A stretch of DNA of 64,000 nucleotides from Candidatus Marinacidobacterium sp. (GCA_965220965.1 CBDCRI010000001.1:293532-357531), one strand, 5' to 3'; shown: positions 47,873-58,065, counted from the stretch's first letter. Notes: a model not told the origin generated them from the letters alone. Translations and numbers: made by a program.

Positions 47873-48796
47873 ATGGCGAAGCGAACCGCCCGGCTGGCGC
47901 CGGCGCAGGCCCAAGAGGCCATCCTCAAGGGGGAGTGCCCGCCCGGCGCGGTGGTGGAGGGGGGCTTGGCTTTCGTCAGCGAGCCGGGGCTGGCCGAGCT
48001 GCCCAGGGACCTCACGGTGCTGGGGCCGCTGCAGGTCGACGGCTGCCACCGGCTCAAGCGGCTGCCCAAGGGGCTGTCGGCGACCGCCCTCAGCGTCCGC
48101 GAATGCGCCTCCCTCGAAGGCTTCGAGCCCGCCCCCGGAACGGCGTTCCAAGTGGACGGCGACCTGCTGTTCAGCAAGTGCCCGTCGCTGGCGCGCTTCC
48201 CGGAGGCCCTGGAGGTCGGGCGCGACCTGACCCTCAAGGACTGCCACCAAGCCTGGACCAACCCGATGGGGCTGCCCCTTTGGGTGCCGGAGCGGGTTCG
48301 GGTGGGCCGCGCCGCGGTCCTCGACGGCTGCGTCGGCCTCACCGAGCTGCCGGGCCGCATGGAGGTCGGCCTGGAGCTGCGGATCATCGGCTCCCCCTTC
48401 CTTGCCGAGATCAGGGCGGAGGAGGGTTTCGGGACGCTCACGGTCGGGACCGCCTGCCTCATCAAGCGGTGCCATGGCCTGCGCCGCGTGGCGAGCCTTT
48501 CGTTCGCGGGCGAAGGCGAGCTTGCGGTCATCGACTGCGACGCGCTGGAGGCCATCGGCGACGGCGTCCGGCCCCAAGGGCGGCTGGCGCTCATGGACTG
48601 CCCGTCGCTGGCGCGGCTGCCCAGGCGCCTCGACCTGAAGGGCAGCCTGGTGGCCGACAACTGCCCGTCGCTGGGGGCGCCGCCGGCGGGGATCCGGGCG
48701 CGGGAGGGGCTCTGGCCCTCGGGGACGACGCCGCGCTGGGCGGACGCCCCGGCGGCTGCGGCGCCGGTCGGACGCCCCACCCGCCAGGCCCCTTGA
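47873..48796 (+). CDS. Cassette-family member P3.
   Basis: Same architecture as P1; C-terminal GTTPRWADAP. Confidence 0.7.
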   Translation: MAKRTARLAPAQAQEAILKGECPPGAVVEGGLAFVSEPGLAELPRDLTVLGPLQVDGCHRLKRLPKGLSATALSVRECASLEGFEPAPGTAFQVDGDLLFSKCPSLARFPEALEVGRDLTLKDCHQAWTNPMGLPLWVPERVRVGRAAVLDGCVGLTELPGRMEVGLELRIIGSPFLAEIRAEEGFGTLTVGTACLIKRCHGLRRVASLSFAGEGELAVIDCDALEAIGDGVRPQGRLALMDCPSLARLPRRLDLKGSLVADNCPSLGAPPAGIRAREGLWPSGTTPRWADAPAAAAPVGRPTRQAP

Positions 48797-48897
48797 GCGG
48801 GCGCGGGGCGCCGTCCGGCGCCCGGTTGCTAGAATCCCTGCGCCGCCACCGCCCAGGCGACTGGGCCGGCCGCCCGCAAGCCAGCTGAGGGACGCCC

Positions 48898-49845
48898 ATG
48901 ACGCAACCCGACCCACACGCCAGCGCCGGCCCATTCCACCCCGATGGCTTCCGGGAGGATGCGGTCCGCACTGGCGCCATGATGTCTCCCGAGGAGGCGC
49001 ACGAAGCGATCCTGAAGGGGACCTGCCCCCCCGGCGTGTCGGTGCATGGCAGCCTGGCCTTCCTCAACGAGCCCTCGCTGGCCGAGCTGCCCCGCGGCCT
49101 CGCGGTCGAGGAAGGCCTCGACATCCTGGGCTGCCACCGGCTCAGGCGCCTGCCGGCCGGCCTTTCGGCCCGTTCGGTCTCGGTCAGCCACTGCGACGCC
49201 TTCGAGGGGTTCGACGTCCACGCCTTCGACCGCTTCTTCGTGCCGGGCCACCTCGTGCTGCTCGACTGCCCCTCCCTGACCGCCTGGCCGCGGGAGCTTT
49301 ACGTCGGGGGCCAGCTGCGGGTCGCGAGATGCCAGTGGGCCTGGGACAGGCCCGCGCTGCCAAGGGGGGCGGGGGCGCCGTTCAGGCTGTCGGTGGGCGG
49401 CCAAGCCGATCTCGAGGAATGCGCGGGCCTGCGCGAGCTGCCCCGGGAGGTCGAGGTGGGAACCTCGTTGACGCTCTCCCGGTGCCCGCGGATGACGGCC
49501 CTGCCCGGGGCTCGCGGCGGGCGCCTCGTCGTGGGGGACCTCTGCGTCGTCGAGCGCTGCCACGGCCTGCGGGAGCTGTCGCGCGTCAGCTTCCGCGGGG
49601 AGGGCAAGCTGCGGGTGCGCGACTGCGCCGCGCTGGAGGTCGTCGGCGACGGGGCGAGGCCGGGCGCGACCCTGGCGCTGGCCGACTGCCCGTCGCTGTC
49701 GCGGCTGCCGAGCCCCCTGCCCCCGTCCTGCCGCCTGGCGGTCCGCAACTGCCCCAAGCTTCAGGCGGACGGCGAAGCCAAGGCGGCGCAAGGCCATGCC
49801 CGCCAGGCCGGCGCTGGGCCCCGCGCCCCGTCGCCCGCGCCATGA
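48898..49845 (+). CDS. Cassette-family member P4 (alternative start at MMSPEE near 48976).
   Basis: MMSPEEAHEAILKGTCPPGVSVHGSLAFLNEPSLAELPRGLAVEEGLDILGCHRLRRLP. Confidence 0.65.
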   Translation: MTQPDPHASAGPFHPDGFREDAVRTGAMMSPEEAHEAILKGTCPPGVSVHGSLAFLNEPSLAELPRGLAVEEGLDILGCHRLRRLPAGLSARSVSVSHCDAFEGFDVHAFDRFFVPGHLVLLDCPSLTAWPRELYVGGQLRVARCQWAWDRPALPRGAGAPFRLSVGGQADLEECAGLRELPREVEVGTSLTLSRCPRMTALPGARGGRLVVGDLCVVERCHGLRELSRVSFRGEGKLRVRDCAALEVVGDGARPGATLALADCPSLSRLPSPLPPSCRLAVRNCPKLQADGEAKAAQGHARQAGAGPRAPSPAP

Positions 49846-49972
49846 CGCGCCGCCCCGCCGGCCCGCGCAAGCCACTCGCCAAGCCCGTCCGGCCCCGCCC
49901 CTTCGGCTGCGCTGCGGGCGCTGCCGCCGCCATCGCGCCGCGCCCGAGGGCCGGACGCGCCAGGGGGGCGGC

Positions 49973-50905
49973 ATGGCGCAGCCAACCCTCCGAATGACCC
50001 CAACGGAGGCCCGCAGGGCCATCCTCGACGGCACCTGCCCGCCGGGCGCGACCGTCGAGGGCTCCCTGAGGATCGAGCGGGAGCCGGGGCTGACGCGGCT
50101 GCCCGACGGGCTCTCGGTGCACGGCGGGCTGCGCATCGTCGGCTGCCACCGCCTGCGGCGGCCGATCTCCGGGCTGTCCGCGCAGTCGATCGAGGTCAGG
50201 TCGTGCAGCGCCTTCGAGGGCTTCGACGGCGGCAGGGACGGGGCGCTGCGCGTGCCAGGGCGCTTCGACCTGTTCGACTGCCCCTCCCTTGCCCGCCTCC
50301 CGCGGGCGCTTCACGTCGAGTTCGGGCTGTGGATCGAGCGCTGCCCATGGGGGTGGGCGAGCGCGCCCGGTTGGCTCCCGCGGGCGCCGCAGCGGCTCGA
50401 GGTGGTCGGGCCGGCCCTCTTCGCGGACTGCCCCGGCCTTGCCAGGCTGCCGAAGGCGATGGAGGTCGGCGGGGGCTTGACGGTGCGGCGATGCCCGCAC
50501 CTTCGGGCCGTGGGGGGGCTGGACGCCGACGTGCGCCTGCGCATCCGGGGCGACTGCGTCATAGAGCAGTGCCATGGCCTGCGGGAGGTGGATTTCGTCG
50601 ACTTCTGGCCGGGCGGCGACCTGCGCGTCACCGACTGCGCGGCGCTGGAGCGGATCGGCGACGAAGCGCGGCCGCAGCGCTGCCTCGTCGTCCGCGAGTG
50701 CCCGTCGCTGTCTCGGCTGCCCAGGCGCCTGTTCCTCGACGGCGACCTGGTGGCCCACGACTGCCCCTCGCTGAAGGAGAGGCCGCAGATCACCGTGCTG
50801 GGCGACATCCTCCCAACCGGCGCGACGCCCCGCTGGGAGGCCCCGCCGACGGCCGCCGAAGCGGCGCGCGGGCCAAGGCGCCGCGCCCCTTCGCCCGGAG
50901 CCTGA
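49973..50905 (+). CDS. Cassette-family member P5.
   Basis: MAQPTLRMTPTEARRAILDGTCPPGATVEGSLRIEREPGLTRLPDGLSVHGGLRIVGCHRLRRP...GATPRWEAPP. Confidence 0.7.
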   Translation: MAQPTLRMTPTEARRAILDGTCPPGATVEGSLRIEREPGLTRLPDGLSVHGGLRIVGCHRLRRPISGLSAQSIEVRSCSAFEGFDGGRDGALRVPGRFDLFDCPSLARLPRALHVEFGLWIERCPWGWASAPGWLPRAPQRLEVVGPALFADCPGLARLPKAMEVGGGLTVRRCPHLRAVGGLDADVRLRIRGDCVIEQCHGLREVDFVDFWPGGDLRVTDCAALERIGDEARPQRCLVVRECPSLSRLPRRLFLDGDLVAHDCPSLKERPQITVLGDILPTGATPRWEAPPTAAEAARGPRRRAPSPGA

Positions 50906-51033
50906 GGCGCCGCCCGCCGAGCCGGCGGGCCATCCCGCGAAGCCGCGCGCAACGCCGCCCGCTCGGCCCCACCGCGGGCGCGGTTGCTAAAATCCCGCAA
51001 CGCTCAAACGCCAGTCCGAAAAAGGGGGAAGGC

Positions 51034-51963
51034 ATGGCGCAGTCACGCATCCGAATGGGGCCGACGGCCGCCCGCAAGGCCATCCTCGACGGCACCTGGC
51101 CGCCGGGCGCCGTGGTCGAGGGCGACCTGCGCCTCGATCGGGAGCCGGGACTGGCGGAGCTGCCCGACGGGCTGGCGGTGGAGGGCGAGCTGCGCATCGA
51201 CCGCTGCCACCGGCTGGCGCGGCTGCCGAAGCGGCTGGCCGCCCAGGGGGTCCGCATCACGACCTGCGACGCCTTCCAAGGGCTCGGCCCCGGCGAGGCC
51301 GCCTTCTGCGTGCCCGGCGACCTCAACCTGATTGACTGCCCGGCCCTGGCCCACTTCCCAGGGGAGCTGGTCGTGGGGGGCGACCTGCGCATGGGGGAGT
51401 GCCCAAGGGCCTGGTCGGACCCGAGCCGGTCGGGCCAGGGCGCTCCGGAGCGGCTCATCGTGGGCGGGTCGGTGGCGATCGAGGAGTGCGCCGGCCTCGC
51501 CGGGCTGCCCCACGAGATCGACGTCGGCGGGGACCTGAACGTCGCGCGCTGCCCGAAACTGGTCGCGGTCGGCGGCGGGCCCGGCGCCCGGATCGCCGTC
51601 GGCGAGGGGCGCATGGTCCACATCGAGCGCTGCAACGGCCTGTGGCTCGTAGCGTCCATCGAGTGGCGCGGCGGCGGCACTCTGCGGATCACGGACTGCG
51701 CCGCGCTGGAGCGCATCGCCGACGGCGTGCTCCCGCAGTGGAGCCTGACGGTCCACAACTGCCACTCGCTGACGCGGCTGCCGAGCCGCCTTGTCCTTGA
51801 CGGCGACCTGGTGGCCCACGACTGCCCCTCGCTGAGGACCGTGCACCCCCCGGACGTGAACGGCAACATCATGCCTACCGGCACCACGCCCCGCTGGGAG
51901 GTGCTGCCGACGCCCGCGGAGGCGCCCTATTCGCGGCGCCGCGGCCCGTCGCCTTCTCCCTGA
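51034..51963 (+). CDS. Cassette-family member P6.
   Basis: MAQSRIRMGPTAARKAILDGTWPPGAVVEGDLRLDREPGLAELPDGLAVEGELRIDRCHRLARLP...GTTPRWEVLP. Confidence 0.7.
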   Translation: MAQSRIRMGPTAARKAILDGTWPPGAVVEGDLRLDREPGLAELPDGLAVEGELRIDRCHRLARLPKRLAAQGVRITTCDAFQGLGPGEAAFCVPGDLNLIDCPALAHFPGELVVGGDLRMGECPRAWSDPSRSGQGAPERLIVGGSVAIEECAGLAGLPHEIDVGGDLNVARCPKLVAVGGGPGARIAVGEGRMVHIERCNGLWLVASIEWRGGGTLRITDCAALERIADGVLPQWSLTVHNCHSLTRLPSRLVLDGDLVAHDCPSLRTVHPPDVNGNIMPTGTTPRWEVLPTPAEAPYSRRRGPSPSP

Positions 51964-51997
51964 CCCGCCGCCCGCAAGGCCGCCCCGGGGAGGCAGC

Positions 51998-52918
51998 ATG
52001 GCCAAGGGAGCCATTCGAATGACCGGCGAGGAGGCGCGCGAGGCCATCCTCAAGGGGGAGTGCCCGCCCGGCACGACCGTCCGGGGCAGCCTGGCCTTCC
52101 GCCGGGAGCCGTGGCTCACCCAGCTGCCCCGAGGCCTGACCGTGGAGGGAACCCTGTCCATCGTCGAGTGCCACCAGATGCACTCGCTGCCGAGCAACCT
52201 AGCGGCGGAGGGGCTCACGATCTCCAACTGCGCCCAGATGCAAAGCCTGGGACGCGTCAACCGACCGCCCCTGCACCTCCCGGAGGGCCTGCTTCTGCAG
52301 GGCTGCCCCGCCTTGGCCGAGCTTCCCGACGACGTCGCCGTCGGGGGCGACCTGCACATCCAGGACTGCCCGTGGCTCTGGCCGGGGCCGCGCGTCGGGC
52401 GACCGCGCTCCGTGCATCTCATCGGGCCGCGGCGGCTGTCGGTGGAGGGATCCGCGACGCTGCGCGAGTGCGCGGGCCTCTACAGCCTGCCGGACCGCAT
52501 GGCGGTGGGCGGCGCGCTGACGATAGCCGACTGCCCTGGGCTCTCCGGCATCGGCGGCCCGGACGGCGAGGCCGGCCTCGCCGTCGGCGGCGCCTGCCTC
52601 ATCGAGCGCTGCCACGGCCTGCACGAGGTGAGCGGCATCGCCTTCGGAGGCGGCGGCCTGCTGCGCGTCGACGACTTCAGCGGGCTGGAGGCGCTCGGCG
52701 ACGGCGTGCGCCCGCCGCGCCGCCTGGAGGTGCGCGGCTGCCCGTCGCTGGTCCGGCTGCCGCGCCGCCTCGCGCTCGAGGGCGCCTTGGTGGCACACGA
52801 CTGCCCGTTGCTCGAGGCCCCCGACGGGGCCGTCGCGCGCGGCGGCGTCCGGGCAACCGGCAGCACCCCGCGCTGGGAGGCCGCGCCCGATCGGCGCGCG
52901 CCCTCCCCCTCGCCCTGA
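51998..52918 (+). CDS. Cassette-family member P7.
   Basis: MTGEEAREAILKGECPPGTTVRGSLAFRREPWLTQLPRGLTVEGTLSIVECHQMHSLP...GSTPRWEAAP. Confidence 0.7.
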   Translation: MAKGAIRMTGEEAREAILKGECPPGTTVRGSLAFRREPWLTQLPRGLTVEGTLSIVECHQMHSLPSNLAAEGLTISNCAQMQSLGRVNRPPLHLPEGLLLQGCPALAELPDDVAVGGDLHIQDCPWLWPGPRVGRPRSVHLIGPRRLSVEGSATLRECAGLYSLPDRMAVGGALTIADCPGLSGIGGPDGEAGLAVGGACLIERCHGLHEVSGIAFGGGGLLRVDDFSGLEALGDGVRPPRRLEVRGCPSLVRLPRRLALEGALVAHDCPLLEAPDGAVARGGVRATGSTPRWEAAPDRRAPSPSP

Positions 52919-52930
52919 GAGCGCACGGGG

Positions 52931-53980
52931 ATGCTGGGCGTGGACCTGTTCGCCGGCGCCGGGGGGCTGTCCGCGGGCGCCCGGGCGGCGGGCGTGCGCA
53001 TCGCCGTCGCGGTCGAGTCGGACCCGCGCGCCGCCGACGCCTACCGCCTCAACCACCCCGAGGCGGACCTGCGGGTCATGGACGTCAGGCGGCTGCCCGA
53101 CCCGGCGCCCATTGCCACCTCCCAGCCCACGGTCCTGCTCGGCGGGCCGCCGTGCCAGGCGTTCTCCTCCTCCAACCAGAGGTCCCGAAGCCTGGGCAAT
53201 CCGGCGAACCGCCTCTACGTAGAGATGCTGCGCGTGGCGCGGGCCATGCGGCCAACCCACGTCGTCATCGAGAACGTCCGGGGGTTCGTCGAGGCCCAAG
53301 GCGGGCTGTTCCTCAGCGACGCCCTGAAGCGGCTTCGCGAGCTCGGCTACCACGTCGCCCACGGCATGCTCGACGCCGCCGACTTCGGCGTGCCGCAGCA
53401 CCGGCGGCGCCTGTTCATCGTCGGCTCCCGGGGACGCCCGCCGAGGCTGCCCCGGCCCGTCGGCGGGCCGCGGACGACGGTGGCCGACGCGCTGCTCGAC
53501 CTGCCCGTGCTGGAAAACGGCGCCGCCCTGCCCCTGGCCCGCTACCGGCGGGCGCCCCACTCCGCCTACGCCCGGCGCCTGCGCGGGGACGGCGCCGCGT
53601 GCACCGGCCATCTCGTCACCCGCAACGCGCCCCACATCGTGGAGCGGTACCGGCACGTGCCGCCGGGCGGCAACTGGCGGGCGATCCCGGCCCGGCTCAT
53701 GGCGGGCTACGCGGACCGCACGCGCTGCCACGAGGGCCTCTACCGCCGGCTGCGCTGGGACGCGCCCTCGGTGGTGCTCAACAACTTCAGGAAGAACATG
53801 CTGATCCACCCCTGGGCGCAGCGCGGCCTGTCGGTGCGCGAGGCGGCGCGGCTGCAGTCGTTTCCCGACGCCCACGCCTTCGCCGGGAGCATCGGCTTCC
53901 AGCAGCAGCAGGTGGCCGACGCCGTGCCGCCGCTCATGGCGCGGGCGGTGCTGGAGAGCGTCCTGCAGGGCGCGGGCTAG
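52931..53980 (+). CDS. C5 cytosine-specific DNA methyltransferase (Dcm-like), embedded in the cassette array.
   Basis: DLFAGAGGLS (motif I), GGPPCQAFSSSN (motif IV), ENVRGF (motif VI), QHRRRLFIVG (motif VIII). It sits 13 bp after the P7 stop. Confidence 0.85.
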   Translation: MLGVDLFAGAGGLSAGARAAGVRIAVAVESDPRAADAYRLNHPEADLRVMDVRRLPDPAPIATSQPTVLLGGPPCQAFSSSNQRSRSLGNPANRLYVEMLRVARAMRPTHVVIENVRGFVEAQGGLFLSDALKRLRELGYHVAHGMLDAADFGVPQHRRRLFIVGSRGRPPRLPRPVGGPRTTVADALLDLPVLENGAALPLARYRRAPHSAYARRLRGDGAACTGHLVTRNAPHIVERYRHVPPGGNWRAIPARLMAGYADRTRCHEGLYRRLRWDAPSVVLNNFRKNMLIHPWAQRGLSVREAARLQSFPDAHAFAGSIGFQQQQVADAVPPLMARAVLESVLQGAG

Positions 53981-54042
53981 GGGCCGTCGGCGGAGGGCTT
54001 GGTTCAACGGCCGCAGCGCCGGCTGCCGGCAGGAGGGCGAAA

Positions 54043-54806
54043 ATGGCGACATCCGGGACCCGCATGACCCCGGACGAGGCCCGCGAGGCCATCCTCGGCG
54101 GCGCCTGCCCCGACGGCGCCCAGTCCGCGAGGCCGGCCCGATCCGCCTGCCCGCCGGCCTCACGGTGGAGGGCGGCCTGCACGCCAACGAGTGCCCGGGG
54201 CTCAGGCACCTGCCGCGGGGGCTGTCGGCGGCGTCGGTGGCCGTCGAGGCCTGCGCGGCCTTCGAGGGCTTCGATCCCGAGTTCGAGGGGGCCTTCCGCG
54301 TGCCCGGGAACGCCCACTTCCTCGCGTGCCACGCCCTGGCCCGGTTCCCGGAGGAGGTCGCGGTCGGGGGACACTTCGACCTCACGCGCTGCGCGCGCGC
54401 CTGGGCGGGGCCGTCCGGGACGCCGAGAAGGCTCACGGCGGGAGGCAGGGCGGTCCTCACCGGATGCGCGGGGCTCAGCGAGCTGCCGGAGGAGATGGCG
54501 GTCGGCCAGGCCCTGCTGCTGATCAAGTGCCCGAGCCTGCGCAGCGTGCCCCATGGCGAGGGGGCGGGCGCCCCCCGCGCGGGCGCCTACGCCGGCATCT
54601 TCCGCTGCGACGGCCTGGAGCGCGTTGACGGGATCTCGTTCGAGCCGGGCGGCGTCCTGGAGGTGGTGGGCTGCCGCAGGCTCAGGTCCATCGGCGACGG
54701 CGCGCGGCCGGAACGGCTGTCCGTGGAGGGCTGCCCGCTGCTGGAGCGGCTGCCGCAGCGGCCGGCCTCCCGCCCCGCCTCCCGCAAAGGCCCGCCGTTG
54801 CCCTGA
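54043..54806 (+). pseudogene. Frameshifted cassette-family member P8.
   Basis: The N-terminus MATSGTRMTPDEAREAILGGACPDGAQ runs in one frame. The LRR-like body (ECPGLRHLPRGLSAASVAVEACAAFEGF...CPLLERLP) lies in another frame from ~54165. The frame switch is near 54125. Confidence 0.6.
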
Positions 54807-55072
54807 TCACGCAACCGGGGGCACGGCCTCGACCGGGAGGGAGTCCGGCGAACGCCCAGGCCGCCGCTCGTTCCGGGCGGCCAATGCCGATTCATCGCCA
54901 GCCGTTCACAGCCCTCGGGCAAAGCCGCCCCAATCCCCGACCCGCGGGAATTCGGGGTGCCTGCCAACCCATTCGCCCCGCACCGCCAGGACCTGGAAGG
55001 GAAACCGGGTCCAGTGCTATGGTCCAAGCCGGCTTCAGGGATGCGCGCAGCGCAGCGAACCGAGACTCGAAC

Positions 55073-56419
55073 ATGCGCCTGTCCGTCCTCCTACACGATG
55101 AGCTTGCCGTCGAGCTGCAGGCCGATCCGCGGCAGCGGGCCGCCATCCTGACGCGGGGGGCCGCGATGCGGTGGCTCTCCGCCGCCTGGACGGGCGATGA
55201 GGGACTCAACCCCATGGTCAATTGGCTCGAGGCGCTCCTGCCGGAAAGCGGCAAGCTTGAGCGATGGCTGGGGCAGACGCGGGGGAGGCTGCTCGCAGGC
55301 GGCGTCGAGGACCGGCCCCACATTCCGGAAACGACGCTTTGGATGCATGCGGACGCGGAGTTTGCGGGCGCCGTGTCCCTCGTTCGGGACCAAGGCTCCC
55401 CCCGGAAGGCCCTGCCCATGGACTCCTCCGCCTATCGGAGGCTCGATGAGAAGGACGTTGGGCGGCTGCTTCTCGACGAGAACCAATTGGCCGGACGCGC
55501 GAAGGGCTCCCCCCGGGGCATTGAAGGGCGGGCGCGATCCTCGCTGTCCGGGATGCGTCCGAAGATCACCCTGACGGCCGTTGACGGCGATCCGGACCGG
55601 GGCTGGGCGCAAGGGGAGCCTGGGCAGCTGAACACTTGGATCGTCAAGCATGAGCACAGCCCGAACCTCCCCGGGGAGGCCGGCGTGGAGGCGGTTTGCC
55701 AAAGCGCGCTGGACCTTGCCGGGGTGCCGGCGGCCCGCACGCTGTCCCGGGTGATTGACGGCATGCAGTGCGTCCTGAGCGAGCGCAGCGACCGGGCCGT
55801 CAGGGACGGGGCGGTCGTGCCGGTCCACCAGGAGGACTATCGGCAGGCGGCGGGCAAGGGGATCGTGAAGTTTCGCGAGGCCGTCCAGCCGCGCAGCGAG
55901 TGGCCCTTTGCCTACCGGCTGCTGGACGGCGAGGCCGAGCGTGAGGCGCTGACCCGCTTCCTGGCGGGGTCGTGGCTGTTGGCGCACTGCGACCTGCACA
56001 GGGGCAACTTGGGCTTCACCATCACCCAACGGGGGGCGGGGCCGAAAAGGGCGTCCGTGGCGCCGGCGTACGACGTGTCGAGCGCCGTCGGCACGAAGCT
56101 GAGCGCAAGGCTTGAGTTCCCCATCGCCGCGCAGGGCGACCCCGCGAAGATCAGCGTCCGCCAATGGGCCGCGCACGCCAGGGAGTGCGGAATCGAGGAG
56201 GATGCCACGCTGGAGGCGGTTTCGAGCGTCGCGCGGGCGATGCCTGGCGCCCTCGCCCAAGCCATGGCCGACGCACGGGCGGGCCATGAGAACATCAGGC
56301 AGGATGCGGTCGATGCGCGGTGCGCGGCGGTGATGGGGCACGTCGTCGCCCGCGCCGACCGCTTCGAGCAGGACTTGGCACGGAGGATGAGGAGGGCCTT
56401 CGACGCGCCGGGGCCTTAG
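55073..56419 (+). CDS. HipA-family serine/threonine kinase toxin-like protein, with no adjacent HipB.
   Basis: GMRPKITL, HCDLHRGNLGF and APAYDVSS motifs; ~450 aa. Confidence 0.7.
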   Translation: MRLSVLLHDELAVELQADPRQRAAILTRGAAMRWLSAAWTGDEGLNPMVNWLEALLPESGKLERWLGQTRGRLLAGGVEDRPHIPETTLWMHADAEFAGAVSLVRDQGSPRKALPMDSSAYRRLDEKDVGRLLLDENQLAGRAKGSPRGIEGRARSSLSGMRPKITLTAVDGDPDRGWAQGEPGQLNTWIVKHEHSPNLPGEAGVEAVCQSALDLAGVPAARTLSRVIDGMQCVLSERSDRAVRDGAVVPVHQEDYRQAAGKGIVKFREAVQPRSEWPFAYRLLDGEAEREALTRFLAGSWLLAHCDLHRGNLGFTITQRGAGPKRASVAPAYDVSSAVGTKLSARLEFPIAAQGDPAKISVRQWAAHARECGIEEDATLEAVSSVARAMPGALAQAMADARAGHENIRQDAVDARCAAVMGHVVARADRFEQDLARRMRRAFDAPGP

Positions 56420-56665
56420 GCCGCGGGATTCCCAGCCCGCCCGAAGGTCGCCGGCGGCCAGGAGCGGAGGCCGGGGCGCCGCCGGTTCGGCATCAGGCCG
56501 CAAGGCGCCCCGGATTGCCCCAAGCCAAGGGCGCACGGGGAACCTGAAGGGCGAGCGGCGTGAACGGAAGGCGCCGGAGCCCGGCGGGCCGCCTTTCCCG
56601 AAGGACCGGCGTTGCTTTGATGGGGCAACGGGCGGCACGGCCCCCCACCCGCAGCGAAACGGCGA

Positions 56666-56974
56666 ATGCCCCATGGATTCACGCGCCTGACCACGGACGA
56701 GGCCTGGACGGCCATCCGGGCGGGCACCTGCCCCGACAACGCCTTCTTCGAGGGACGCCTGATCCTCGTCAGGCATGACGAAGCGACCGAGCCGCCCCGC
56801 AGCCTCGGGGCGGACGGGAAGCTCCGCATCATCAATTGCCGCCGCCTCCGGCTGCCGCCCCCGGGGCTGGCGGCCCACGCGCTCGGCGTCAAGGAATGCC
56901 CGTCGTCGGCGTTGCCGGTCGCGAGAGCAGGCGGAACATGCGTAGTGTGTTGCGAAGGCAGAAGCGTGATGTAA
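56666..56974 (+). pseudogene. Truncated cassette-family member P9 (102 aa, N-terminal module only).
   Basis: MPHGFTRLTTDEAWTAIRAGTCPDNAFFEGRLILVRHDEATEPPRSLGADGKLRIINCRRLRLPPPGLAAHALGVKECPS, then termination. Confidence 0.5.
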
Positions 56975-56981
56975 TCAGCGA

Positions 56982-57275
56982 GTGGAATTGGCTCACAAGC
57001 GGCAGGTGGCCGAGATGACGCGCAATCAGATGCTTAAGGCGTGGGCGCAACGCCCGCGAGTGGCTGGAAAGCCCCCCCGATCATGCGATGGGCAGCCGCC
57101 ATGCAGCAAGGCGGCACGGGCGGAGCGCCGGATTGCGGCGGGCGTTGAGTCAGCCGTTCAGTCAGCCCTGGACAGTTCCATTGACCTTCACCATGTCCGC
57201 GAGCGGGAGATCCAGCAGGCGGGCTTGAATCAGCCCTCGGAGTACGCGCTCGAAATGGCGGAGCGAACTCAGTAG
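56982..57275 (+). CDS. Small protein in a low-GC module; possible antitoxin.
   Basis: 97-aa ORF directly upstream of the PIN-like gene. Local GC is clearly lower than the flanks. Confidence 0.3.
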   Translation: MELAHKRQVAEMTRNQMLKAWAQRPRVAGKPPRSCDGQPPCSKAARAERRIAAGVESAVQSALDSSIDLHHVREREIQQAGLNQPSEYALEMAERTQ

Positions 57276-57282
57276 TTGGGCG

Positions 57283-58065
57283 ATGTCCGTCAAGCCGCTG
57301 CTCATTGCGTTCGACAGCAACATTCCAGCCCTGCCTTCAGTTCGGGCGTTCTGGGGAACGTTGTGCGAAGCGGTTGGGCAGCGAATGGCATTGACGCCAA
57401 CCGCCGCCTCTGAACTTCTTCGCCGAGTCAGGCTAGAAACCGAACGTGAATGGGACAGCCGCTTGCGGCTGCTGAAGGCTGATGGCGAAATCAGCTTGCG
57501 CCCCGGCGACATTCGAAGGCTGTCCACTGCGGCGGGCAATGCCGCAAGAGACATGCTGCGCCACGAAATGCGCAACTCCAACGGCATTTACGCAGCGGCG
57601 CACGAAGCCGGCCAAGCGGTGCTCGCTCTGGAAGAGGCGCTTTACGAATTGATGCCCGAGGACATCTTCGATCCAACCACCGACAACGGCATTCGAGACC
57701 GGAAGATCGTCATTGAGTCCCTCGCGCGCGGATTCAACGTCTTGGCCTCCAACAACACCCACAGCATTGACCACAATGGGCTAAAGGACTGGGTTGAAAC
57801 CGATGAGGCAAAGCGCTTGAAAATCCAATCCACCATACTGCGTCCCCAAGGCGCTGAACGAAAGCTGCGCAAGCACTATGGCAAGCCTGCGGATTGGACG
57901 GTTCGCGCCTTGGCGCGATCGTGCGTGACGGATCCCCACAACGCAAAGCGCGCGGTCAAGGAAATGGCCGACGCGTTGCAGCCGTTCGACGAGCGGGGCA
58001 TGGGCGAACTGCAAATGAGGATCAACAAAGTCCTGATGAACAAAAAAAACTGGACTCAGTGCTGA
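57283..58065 (+). CDS. PIN-like domain protein (putative toxin) in a low-GC module.
   Basis: N-terminal LLIAFDSNI resembles PIN motif I; 260 aa. The composition is atypical for the region. Confidence 0.35.
   Translation: MSVKPLLIAFDSNIPALPSVRAFWGTLCEAVGQRMALTPTAASELLRRVRLETEREWDSRLRLLKADGEISLRPGDIRRLSTAAGNAARDMLRHEMRNSNGIYAAAHEAGQAVLALEEALYELMPEDIFDPTTDNGIRDRKIVIESLARGFNVLASNNTHSIDHNGLKDWVETDEAKRLKIQSTILRPQGAERKLRKHYGKPADWTVRALARSCVTDPHNAKRAVKEMADALQPFDERGMGELQMRINKVLMNKKNWTQC

Noticed and set aside
46853-48934. A 693-aa minus-strand ORF, and similar long minus ORFs at 47617..48648, 55091..56878 and 60453..63734 (1093 aa).
   Set aside because: They are antisense to the well-supported plus-strand cassette genes. 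They are open only because of GC bias and have a low-complexity Arg/Ala/Gly/Pro composition.
52060-54526. An 820-aa plus ORF and a 775-aa minus ORF spanning the methyltransferase region in other frames.
   Set aside because: The methyltransferase frame (52931..53980) carries all the catalytic motifs. The alternative frames are Arg/Pro-rich nonsense.
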